Positions 38,414-46,556 of a DNA stretch of 64,000 bases are shown in pieces (position 1 is the stretch's first letter; the number at the start of each line of letters is the position of its first letter). Source of the DNA: Chloroflexota bacterium. GTDB taxonomy: Bacteria > Chloroflexota > Dehalococcoidia > SM23-28-2 > RBG-16-64-32. Where the stretch lies: positions 49,787 to 113,786 of the forward strand of contig JAJCYV010000022.1 in NCBI GenBank assembly GCA_029262695.1. Direction: 5' to 3'. The notes under the pieces are model-generated. The model searched no databases, was not told the DNA's origin, and saw only the letters and a list, made by a program, of their open reading frames with translations. The position numbers and the translations under genes are program-made.

Positions 38414-39406
38414 ATGGTTTACCAGACTTCTAACCCCTGGACCCTTGAGGGCAAGCAGACGGCCATTCAGAAGGCCGTTAGCGAAATCTACGAGCAGTAC
38501 TTCGCCAAAGGTCCGAGATGGATCGCCAAGCATCTGCCCCAGAGACCGGAAATGCGAGAGCACGGCCCGGCGGTGAGCCCGGAGTCGCGGGAGATACTAC
38601 TCGGGAACTACGGCGTCGAGTCATTCATCGAAGACTACGCGGTGACTGCCATTCGAGCGTCCGGGGACAGCCGCAGCACGCGGCAGATATACACCCAGTG
38701 GGTCTTTGACGAAACACGCCATAGCCAGGCCCTGTGGTATTGCCTCGTTGATTCCGGGTTGTACTCTCAGCGGGAACTGGACGAGTACACGTACGAGTGC
38801 GGCCAGGACACGTGGACGTTCGAGAGGCAGACCGGTCACGAGGCAACGCCGGAGCGAGGCGCCGCGTACGCGATCGCGCAGGAGAGGCAGACGAAGAAGA
38901 ACTACCGGGACATGCAGCGGCGCCTATGGCAAGAATACGGGTCGCCAAAGGACGCAGCCGGGAGGGCCGTCTATCCGGCGATCGCGGGGGTCTGTCAAGC
39001 GCTGGCGACGGACGAAGGCTTTCACGAGGGCGTCTTCAGGAAGATCACAAAGGTGTACCTCAAGTTCTGGCCAGAGAAGGCCCTCCAGGCGATGTGGGAC
39101 GTCTACGAACGCTATCGCATGCCGATGCTGAAGCTCCCGAACGCTGAGGCGTTCGTGAACGCTGTGCTCTCCACCGGCATCGACTCCCCGAGGGCCGTTG
39201 TCCGTGATGTCCTCAGTCCGACGTATGCGGCGATGGGGCTGGAAAGCCGGGCAGCCCTCAAGCGCGCCGCCAGAGAGAGCTGGGACCTGCCCGAGGGGGC
39301 GGTGATCCAGGTGGGCGACGAGCTGTCTCCCGATGTATCCGAGGGAGCGATCCCCTACACGATGAGCCCCAACGGGTCGCTCGTGCCCGTGGCCCCGCCG
39401 GCCTAA
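38414..39406 (+). CDS. Di-iron acyl-ACP desaturase-like protein (ferritin-like, FA_desaturase_2 family)
   Basis: Two E...ExxH di-iron motifs (WVFDETRHSQ and LATDEGFHEGVF) parallel the plant/mycobacterial EENRHG / DEKRHE motifs. About 330 aa, like DesA1/DesA2. The start is ATG 38414 after an AAGAAAGAGG RBS. Track ORF 38384..39406 is 10 codons longer. Confidence 0.55.
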   Translation: MVYQTSNPWTLEGKQTAIQKAVSEIYEQYFAKGPRWIAKHLPQRPEMREHGPAVSPESREILLGNYGVESFIEDYAVTAIRASGDSRSTRQIYTQWVFDETRHSQALWYCLVDSGLYSQRELDEYTYECGQDTWTFERQTGHEATPERGAAYAIAQERQTKKNYRDMQRRLWQEYGSPKDAAGRAVYPAIAGVCQALATDEGFHEGVFRKITKVYLKFWPEKALQAMWDVYERYRMPMLKLPNAEAFVNAVLSTGIDSPRAVVRDVLSPTYAAMGLESRAALKRAARESWDLPEGAVIQVGDELSPDVSEGAIPYTMSPNGSLVPVAPPA

Positions 39407-39435
39407 CGCGCCCCGGCAGGAAGACTCCAACCTCT

Positions 39436-39482
39436 CACCCGGCGCATCTGCGCGGGCCCGGCCGGGGCCGTGCAGATGCGCC
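39436..39482 (+). terminator. Long GC hairpin (13-bp stem CCGGCGCATCTGC / GCAGATGCGCCGG) downstream of the desaturase-like gene. No T-tract follows.
   Basis: Inverted repeat read from the sequence. It is a possible terminator or processing structure. Confidence 0.35.
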
Positions 39483-39571
39483 GGCGAACGGCGCCACAAA
39501 TTGCGCCCGTGGGAACGCCGCGCCTACAATACGCTTCGCATCGACATCTCCCGTCGGACGAAGGACATCGA

Positions 39572-41203
39572 ATGGAACGCTGGCAAACGAACGTCGACCC
39601 CAACTCTGAGAGCTTCCGCGCGAACCGCGAGGCCATGAGCGCGCTGCTCCAGGAAGTCGAGGAGCAACTCGAGCTGGCCCGCGCCGGCGGTGGCGAGCGT
39701 CGCGTCGAGCGACTCCGGGCGCGGGGCAAGATGATGATCCGCGAACGGATCGAACTGCTCCTCGACCGCGACTCGCCGTTCCTCGAGATCAGCGCGCTGG
39801 CTGGCTGGGGTACCGACTTCGCCGTCGGGGGCGGGTTCGTAACGGGCATCGGCGTCGTGTCCGGCGTCGAGTGCATGATCGCCGGCAACGACCCGACCGT
39901 GCTCAGCGGCGCGATGACGCCGATCGTCGGCAAGAAGATCGACCGCTCGCTGGAGGTCTCCCGGCTCAATCGCCTGCCGTACATCCAGTTCGTGGAGTCC
40001 GCCGGCGCCGATTTGCGTCCGCGCGGGGGCGGCTCGCCCGAAGACGAGATGCGCCGCCAGCTCTTCCACTTCGCGGAGAGCGGCCGCTTCTTCCACGACA
40101 TCACGGAGCTATCGGCGATGCGGATCCCGACGATGTCGGTCGTCTTTGGCAGCTCAACGGCCGGCGGCGCCTACCAGCCCGGCATGTCCGATTACAACAT
40201 CTTCATCCGCGGACGGTCCAAGGTGTTCCTGGGCGGCCCGCCTCTGGTGAAGATGGCGACTGGCGAAGACTCCGACGACGAAGAGCTGGGCGGTGCAGAG
40301 ATGCACGCCAGGAAGTCCGGCCTGGCCGACTATCTCGCCGACGACGAAGCCGACGCGCTGCGTATGGCCCGCGGCGTGATAGCGCACCTGAACTGGCGCA
40401 AGCTGGGCCCGGGACCGACGATGCCGCCGGACGAACCGTTGTACGACCGCGAAGACCTCCTCGGCCTGCTGCCGGTCGACCTGCGCACGCCGATGGACAT
40501 CCGCGAGGTGATCGGACGCATCACCGACGGCTCACGCTTCGAGGAGTTCAAGCCGCTCTACGGCCCGACCCTCGTCACGGGCTGGGCTTCGATCCACGGG
40601 TTCCCCGTCGGCATCCTCGGGAACAACGGCGTGCTCTTCCTGGACGAATCACAGAAGGCGGCACAGTTCATCCAGCTCTGCAACCAGATCGACGTGCCGC
40701 TCATCTTCCTGCAGAACATCACAGGCTACATCGTCGGCAAGGTCTACGAGCAAGGCGGCATCGTCAAAGAAGGGTCGAAGATGCTCAACGCGGTCTCGAA
40801 CTCGAAAGTGCCGCACATCTCCGTCATCATCGGCGCCAGCTACGGCGCCGGGAACTACGGAATGAGCGGCCGCGCCTACGACACCCGCTTCATATTCACG
40901 TGGCCGACGGCCAAGATTTCGGTCATGGGGCCGAAGCAGCTCGCCGGCGTCATGTCGATCGTCAGGCGGGCGGCGGCCGCCAGGACGGGGGAAGAGTTCA
41001 ACGAGGCCCAGGACGCGATGATCACGGCTGCGGTCGAGGACTTCACGGAGAAGTCATCGCTCGCGCTTTACGCCACCGGGCGGGTCGTCGACGACGGCAT
41101 CATCGACCCGCGTGACACGCGGACGGTGCTCGGGATGACGCTCTCCGCCTGTCACAACAACGAAGTCAAAGGCGCCGAGGGATACGGCGTCTACAGGATG
41201 TAG
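39572..41203 (+). CDS. Acyl-CoA carboxylase carboxyltransferase (beta) subunit, methylcrotonyl/geranyl-CoA carboxylase type
   Basis: 543 aa. The N-terminal region (MMIRERIELLLD, SPFLEISALAG) and the two crotonase-like CT halves match MccB/AtuC-type beta subunits. ATG 39572 is internal to track ORF 39470..41203. Confidence 0.75.
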   Translation: MERWQTNVDPNSESFRANREAMSALLQEVEEQLELARAGGGERRVERLRARGKMMIRERIELLLDRDSPFLEISALAGWGTDFAVGGGFVTGIGVVSGVECMIAGNDPTVLSGAMTPIVGKKIDRSLEVSRLNRLPYIQFVESAGADLRPRGGGSPEDEMRRQLFHFAESGRFFHDITELSAMRIPTMSVVFGSSTAGGAYQPGMSDYNIFIRGRSKVFLGGPPLVKMATGEDSDDEELGGAEMHARKSGLADYLADDEADALRMARGVIAHLNWRKLGPGPTMPPDEPLYDREDLLGLLPVDLRTPMDIREVIGRITDGSRFEEFKPLYGPTLVTGWASIHGFPVGILGNNGVLFLDESQKAAQFIQLCNQIDVPLIFLQNITGYIVGKVYEQGGIVKEGSKMLNAVSNSKVPHISVIIGASYGAGNYGMSGRAYDTRFIFTWPTAKISVMGPKQLAGVMSIVRRAAAARTGEEFNEAQDAMITAAVEDFTEKSSLALYATGRVVDDGIIDPRDTRTVLGMTLSACHNNEVKGAEGYGVYRM

Positions 41204-41206
41204 CCG

Positions 41207-43192
41207 GTGCCACGAATCTCGAAGCTGCTGATCGCCAATCGCGGCGAGATTGCGCGCCGAATCATGCGCACGGCGCGCGAGATGGGCATCGCCACGGTCG
41301 CCGTGTACGCCGAGCCCGACGCCGACGCCCCCTTCGTCAGCGAAGCGGATGAGGCGGTATCGCTGCGGGGCACGACGAGCCAGGAGACCTACCTCGACAT
41401 CGAGAAAGTCATCGAAGCCGCCCGGCGCACCGGGACCGACGGCGTGCATCCCGGCTACGGATTCCTCGCCGAAAACGCGGACTTCGCACGCGCCGTAGTC
41501 GACGCCGGCCTGACCTGGGTCGGCCCGCGGGCAGAGGCCATCGCCACGATGGGCGACAAGCTCGCCGCCAAGAAGCTCATGACCGAAGCCGCCGTCCCAA
41601 CGCTGCCGGTGGTTGAAGTCGCCCGGAGTGTGACCAAGGCGGTCCGCAAGCGCGCAGCCCAGGTGGGCTACCCACTGCTGGTCAAGGCGGCCAGCGGCGG
41701 CGGCGGCAAAGGCATGCGCATCGTCGAGAACGATGCAGAACTCGCGGACGCGATCGCCGGCGCAAGGCGGGAGGCTGCCGGCGCGTTCGGGGACGACACC
41801 GTGTTCCTGGAGCGCTTCCTGGAGGGAGCCCGTCACATCGAGGTGCAAATCTTCGGTGACCGCCACGGGAACACCGTTCACTGCTTCGAAAGAGAGTGCT
41901 CGATCCAGCGCCGCCACCAGAAGATCATCGAGGAGGCGCCGTCGCCCGCGGTTGACGCCGAGCTTCGACTCCGCCTTGGCGAAGCCGCCGTTGAGGCCGC
42001 CAGGGCAGTCGGCTACGACGGCGCCGGAACTGTCGAGTTCATGCTGGACAAGGACGGCAACTTCTACTTCCTCGAGATGAACACGCGGCTCCAGGTGGAG
42101 CACCCGGTGACTGAGGAGATCACGGGCCTGGACCTGGTCCGCGAGCAGATCAGGGTCGCCGAGGGCGATCCGCTCTCCTTTTGCCAGGACGAGCTGCGGA
42201 TGGACGGTCACGCGATTGAGGCTCGTCTCTACGCCGAGGACCCGGCGAACGGTTTCCTGCCCGCCACGGGCCGCCTGATCGCCTGGATGCCCGACGCGGC
42301 GCGGCCGGCGCGCTTCGAGTCTGGCGTCGAAGCCGGCTCAGAGGTCTCGCCATACTTCGACCCGATGCTCGCCAAGGTCATCGTGCACGCGCGGGACCGC
42401 ACAGAGGCAGCGTCCCGGCTGGCGAACGTCCTTGAGCGGCTGCTGCTGCACGGCATCATCTCCAACCGGGACTTCCTCGTGAACGTACTGCGCCACGACG
42501 CCTTCGTCGCCGGCGATACGACCACGGACTTCATCGAGCGCCACGACCCGGCGCGCGAGCGTGACGTCGGCGAAGAGGAGCTGCGCGCAGCGGCGCTCGC
42601 GGCCGCGCTCGCCTCACAAGAGACGCGACGAGCGGAAGCGCGCGTCCTCGCAACGATCCCCTCCGGATGGCGGAACAACCCGGCCGCGATGCAGCAAGTC
42701 CGCTACAGGCACCGGGAGGAAGAGGTCCTGACCCGGTACCTCGCGAAGGGGGGCGGCCCCTTCGCCTACGACGTCGCCGGCCATACCGGCGAAGCGCGGA
42801 TACTGCGGTCGCAGGACGGCCGGATCGAACTGGAGATCGACGGCGTGCAGCGAACGCTCTCGGTCGTCAGCCGGGGCGCCGCCCACTGGGTGCAGGGCGC
42901 GGCCGGCGAAGTACAGCTGGCCGAACTGCCCCGCTTCCCGGAACGGGAGCGCGAACAAGCGGCGGGAGGCTACCTGGCGCCGATGCCGGGCCGGATCGTG
43001 TCGGTCAACGTCAAGGCGGGCCAGCAGGTGACCGCGGGCGAACTGCTCGTCATCGTCGAGGCGATGAAGATGGAGCACGCGATCACCTGCGCGGAGGGCG
43101 GCACCGTCAAGGAGGTGCGCGTCGCGGCCGAAGAGCAGGTCGAGGCCGGGCACGTGCTGCTGGTAGTCGACACGGGGAAGGACGAGTCATGA
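41207..43192 (+). CDS. Acyl-CoA carboxylase biotin carboxylase + BCCP (alpha) subunit
   Basis: Biotin carboxylase domains (ATP-grasp: GGGGKGMRIV, EMNTRLQVEHPVTE) and a C-terminal biotinyl domain with the EAMKME site. Confidence 0.85.
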   Translation: MPRISKLLIANRGEIARRIMRTAREMGIATVAVYAEPDADAPFVSEADEAVSLRGTTSQETYLDIEKVIEAARRTGTDGVHPGYGFLAENADFARAVVDAGLTWVGPRAEAIATMGDKLAAKKLMTEAAVPTLPVVEVARSVTKAVRKRAAQVGYPLLVKAASGGGGKGMRIVENDAELADAIAGARREAAGAFGDDTVFLERFLEGARHIEVQIFGDRHGNTVHCFERECSIQRRHQKIIEEAPSPAVDAELRLRLGEAAVEAARAVGYDGAGTVEFMLDKDGNFYFLEMNTRLQVEHPVTEEITGLDLVREQIRVAEGDPLSFCQDELRMDGHAIEARLYAEDPANGFLPATGRLIAWMPDAARPARFESGVEAGSEVSPYFDPMLAKVIVHARDRTEAASRLANVLERLLLHGIISNRDFLVNVLRHDAFVAGDTTTDFIERHDPARERDVGEEELRAAALAAALASQETRRAEARVLATIPSGWRNNPAAMQQVRYRHREEEVLTRYLAKGGGPFAYDVAGHTGEARILRSQDGRIELEIDGVQRTLSVVSRGAAHWVQGAAGEVQLAELPRFPEREREQAAGGYLAPMPGRIVSVNVKAGQQVTAGELLVIVEAMKMEHAITCAEGGTVKEVRVAAEEQVEAGHVLLVVDTGKDES

Positions 43193-43998
43193 GCGATGCG
43201 CTGGACGAGATCGTAAACGACCTGGAGGCCGAACAGGCGGCGCTCGCGAAGGTGCTCGAAGGCCTCTCTGAAGCCGATTGGGGTACACAGACCCCCGCCG
43301 AGCGCTGGTCGGTACACGACCAGGTGTCGCACCTCGCCTACTTCGACGAGGCGGCGACGCGCGCGATGCAGGACGGCGACGCCTTTTCGGCCGAAGTGCG
43401 AGAGATGATGAAGGACCCCGGCAATTTCGAAGCCACCACCCTGAAGCGCGGCCGGAGCAGCACAGTCGGCGATCTCTTCGACTGGTGGCGGTCGGCGAGC
43501 TGCGGCCTGATCGCGGCCGCGCGCGAAGTAGACCCCAACGTCCGCGTACCCTGGTACGGCCCCGCCATGAGCCCCGCGTCGTTCATTACCGCGCGCCTGA
43601 TGGAAACCTGGGCGCACGGCCTCGACATCGTCGACGCCGTCGGCGCGGAGCGGCCGGACACGGACCGGCTGCATCACGTGGCGTTCATCGGCGTGCGTGC
43701 GCGCCCGTACAGCTACTCGGTACGGGGAATGCAGGCGCCCAGCACACCCGTCCGCGTCGAACTTACGTCGCCCTCGGGAAAGACCTGGCTACTTGGCGAT
43801 CCGGACGCCAGCGACGTGGTACGCGGAACGGCGACGGACTTCTGCCGCGTGGCAACTCAACGCCGCCATGTCGCTGACACGGACCTTGAGATGCACGGCG
43901 AGGCGGCCGAAGAGTGGATCGGAATCGCGCAGACGTTCGCGGGACCGCCCGGTAGCGGCAGGCAGCCCGGAGAGTTCCCCAAAGAGAAGCAGTCATGA
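43189..43998 (+). CDS. DinB_2 / mycothiol-dependent maleylpyruvate-isomerase-N-terminal-domain family protein (TIGR03084-like)
   Basis: ATGA overlap with the upstream stop. N-terminal WSVHDQVSHLAYFDEAA metal-binding-helix pattern typical of the MDMPI_N/DinB_2 fold. 269 aa. The start is internal to track ORF 42667..43998. Confidence 0.4.
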   Translation: MSDALDEIVNDLEAEQAALAKVLEGLSEADWGTQTPAERWSVHDQVSHLAYFDEAATRAMQDGDAFSAEVREMMKDPGNFEATTLKRGRSSTVGDLFDWWRSASCGLIAAAREVDPNVRVPWYGPAMSPASFITARLMETWAHGLDIVDAVGAERPDTDRLHHVAFIGVRARPYSYSVRGMQAPSTPVRVELTSPSGKTWLLGDPDASDVVRGTATDFCRVATQRRHVADTDLEMHGEAAEEWIGIAQTFAGPPGSGRQPGEFPKEKQS

Positions 43999-44774
43999 GT
44001 GAGGAGTTCGTCCACCTTGAAGTCGCCGGCGGGGTCGCCACCATCACGCTCGACTCGCCATCGAACCGCAATGCGCTCTCACGCGCCCTGATGGGCGGTC
44101 TGGAAGCGAGCCTGGAAGCGGCTCTCAACGACGATGCGGCGCGGCTGATCGTCCTCACGCACACCGGGCCCGTCTTCTGCTCCGGCGCCGACCTGAAAGA
44201 GCTGCGCGGCGGCGGCCCGTCGGGAGGGCCCGCGGGCCCCGGTGGCCTCGTCACGATCCTCAAGACCATCTGGCGTTCGCCCAAGCCGGTGATCGCCCGC
44301 ATCGGCGGGCCAACGCGCGCCGGCGGCATCGGCCTGATCGCAGCCTGCGACATGGCCGTCGCCGTGGAGGACGCGACGTTCGCGTTCAGCGAAGTGCGCA
44401 TCGGCCTCATCCCGGCCATCATCTCGGTGGTTGTGCTGCCCAAGCTGGGCGTGACGAAAACGATGGAGCTCTTCCTCACCGGCGAGACGTTCGACGGAAC
44501 TGAGGCCGCGCGACTCGGGCTCCTCAACGCCGCCGTGCCCGCTGAGCAGCTCGACGAAACGGTGGACCGCTACGTGGCGAGCGTCCTGAAGGGCGCTCCC
44601 GGTGCGCTCTCGGGCTGCAAGCGGCTCGTCCGCGAAGTCCCCGGCATGACGCTGGACGATGCGTTCGCCCAGACGGCGGAGTGGACGGCGGAGTACTTCG
44701 GGTCTGAGGAAGCGATCGAGGGCATGACGGCCTTCGCGCAGAAGCGTCCGCCGCGCTGGGCCAAGGGCAAGTGA
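43995..44774 (+). CDS. Enoyl-CoA hydratase/isomerase (crotonase family)
   Basis: ATITLDSPSNRNAL..., FCSGADLKEL oxyanion region, and the acid-containing GETFDGTEAARLGLLNAAVP helix. Confidence 0.85.
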   Translation: MSEEFVHLEVAGGVATITLDSPSNRNALSRALMGGLEASLEAALNDDAARLIVLTHTGPVFCSGADLKELRGGGPSGGPAGPGGLVTILKTIWRSPKPVIARIGGPTRAGGIGLIAACDMAVAVEDATFAFSEVRIGLIPAIISVVVLPKLGVTKTMELFLTGETFDGTEAARLGLLNAAVPAEQLDETVDRYVASVLKGAPGALSGCKRLVREVPGMTLDDAFAQTAEWTAEYFGSEEAIEGMTAFAQKRPPRWAKGK

Positions 44775-46552
44775 TGGCGGACGCAGCGAAGCCCGTCCTG
44801 CGGGTCGCCAACTGCTCCGGCTTCTACGGGGACCGCCTTTCGGCCGCCCGCGAGATGGTCGAGGGCGGGCCGATCGACTTCCTGACCGGCGACTACCTTG
44901 CGGAGTTGACGCTGCTCATCCTCTGGAAGATGAAGCAGAAGGACGCCGACGGCGGCTACGCGCGGACGTTCCTGAAGCAGATGGAAGAGGTGCTGGGGAC
45001 CTGCCTCGACAGGGGCATCAAGATCGTCACCAACGCCGGCGGGCTCAACCCGGCGGCGCTCGCCGTGCGCATGCGCGCCCTCGCCGACGGTCTCGGACTG
45101 CAGGCGAACATCGCGCACATCGAAGGCGACGACATCCTGGCGAAGCTGCCGGACCTGCAGGCCGGCGGCGAAGAACTGGCCCACCTGGACAGCGGGCAGC
45201 TGCTCGCCGAATCGGGCATCCAGCCGATCGCCGCGAACGCCTACCTCGGCGCCTGGGGCATCGTCGAGGCGCTCAACACCGGCGCCGACGTCGTCATCTG
45301 CCCGCGTGTCACCGACGCGTCCGTCGTCGTCGGGCCGGCCGCCTGGCATTTCGGCTGGGGCAAGTCAGACTGGGACCGGCTCGCCTCTTCGGTCGTCGCG
45401 GGCCACATCCTGGAGTGCGGAGCGCAGGCCACCGGCGGCAACTACTCGTTCTTCCAGGAGGTACCGGGGCTGGAGCATCCCGGCTTCCCAATCGCCGAGA
45501 TGCACGACGACGGTTCGTTCGTCGTGACCAAGCACGAGGGGACAAGCGGCCTCGTCTCCACCGGCACCGTCACCGCCCAGCTGCTCTACGAGATCGGCAG
45601 CGAGCGCTACCTGAACCCGGACGTCGTGGCGCGCTTCGACACGATTCAGCTGGAGCAGGAAGGGCCCGACCGCGTCCGCGTTAGCGGTGTGCGCGGCGAG
45701 CCGGCGCCCGATTCAACGAAGGTCTGCATCAACTACCTCGGCGGCTTCCGCAATACGATGACCTTCGTCCTCACCGGCCTCGACATCGAGGGGAAGGCGA
45801 AGCTGGTGGAGGAGACGCTGTTCGCTGAGCTGGGCGGCAAGGAGCAGTTCGACGCAGTCGACGTGAAGCTCACCCGCTCCGACAAGGAAGACCCGAAGTC
45901 CAACGAGGAAGCCGGCGCCTACCTGCGGGTGACCGTCAAGGACAAGGACGCCCAGAAGGTGGGCCGCGCGTTTTCGGGGAAAGTCGTCGAGATGGCGCTC
46001 GCCAACTATCCGGGGTTCCACATGGCGTCCGGGCTCACTTCGGAGAACGCGTTCGGCGTCTACTGGCCGGCGCTCGTGAGCGCTGACGCCATCGACGAAG
46101 TGGTCGTGACGCACGACGGCTCGCGGATCCCCGTCCCGCCCGTGAAATCGGACGAAAGCGTGACGGTGGAGCCCGCCTCCGCACCCGCCGCCGGGCTGCC
46201 TGCGGGGCCGACCACCGGTGCGCCGCTGGGCGCCATCTTCGGCGCCCGTTCCGGAGACAAGGGCGGCAACGCCAACGTGGGCGTCTGGGCGCGAGACGAC
46301 GCGGCGTACGCCTGGCTCGCGGACTTCCTGACGGTGGAGCGGTTCAAGGAGCTGGTGAGCGAAGCGCGGGAGCTTGAGGTGCGGCGCTATGAGCTGCCGA
46401 ACCTGCGGGCGCTCAACTTCGTCGTCGTCGGCCTGCTCGGCGAAGGCGTCTCCTCCTCGACTCGGCCGGATCCGCAGGCCAAGAGCCTGGGCGAGTACCT
46501 GCGCGCGAAGGTCGTCGACCTGCCTCAGGCGCTACTCGGCGCCGCGTCCTGA
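44771..46552 (+). CDS. Acyclic-terpene-utilisation AtuA-family protein (DUF1446 + C-terminal domain)
   Basis: 593 aa. The N-terminus LRVANCSGFYGDRLSAAREMVEGGPIDFLTGDYLAELTL matches the DUF1446/AtuA pattern. It is coupled to the crotonase gene. Confidence 0.55.
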   Translation: MMADAAKPVLRVANCSGFYGDRLSAAREMVEGGPIDFLTGDYLAELTLLILWKMKQKDADGGYARTFLKQMEEVLGTCLDRGIKIVTNAGGLNPAALAVRMRALADGLGLQANIAHIEGDDILAKLPDLQAGGEELAHLDSGQLLAESGIQPIAANAYLGAWGIVEALNTGADVVICPRVTDASVVVGPAAWHFGWGKSDWDRLASSVVAGHILECGAQATGGNYSFFQEVPGLEHPGFPIAEMHDDGSFVVTKHEGTSGLVSTGTVTAQLLYEIGSERYLNPDVVARFDTIQLEQEGPDRVRVSGVRGEPAPDSTKVCINYLGGFRNTMTFVLTGLDIEGKAKLVEETLFAELGGKEQFDAVDVKLTRSDKEDPKSNEEAGAYLRVTVKDKDAQKVGRAFSGKVVEMALANYPGFHMASGLTSENAFGVYWPALVSADAIDEVVVTHDGSRIPVPPVKSDESVTVEPASAPAAGLPAGPTTGAPLGAIFGARSGDKGGNANVGVWARDDAAYAWLADFLTVERFKELVSEARELEVRRYELPNLRALNFVVVGLLGEGVSSSTRPDPQAKSLGEYLRAKVVDLPQALLGAAS

Positions 46553-46556
46553 TGCG

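Noticed and set aside
42667-43998. Track ORF 42667..43998 (443 aa) as a single gene
   Set aside because: Its N-terminal 174 aa lie inside the biotin-carboxylase gene in another frame and are Arg/Gly-rich nonsense. The real gene starts at ATG 43189, overlapping the upstream stop.
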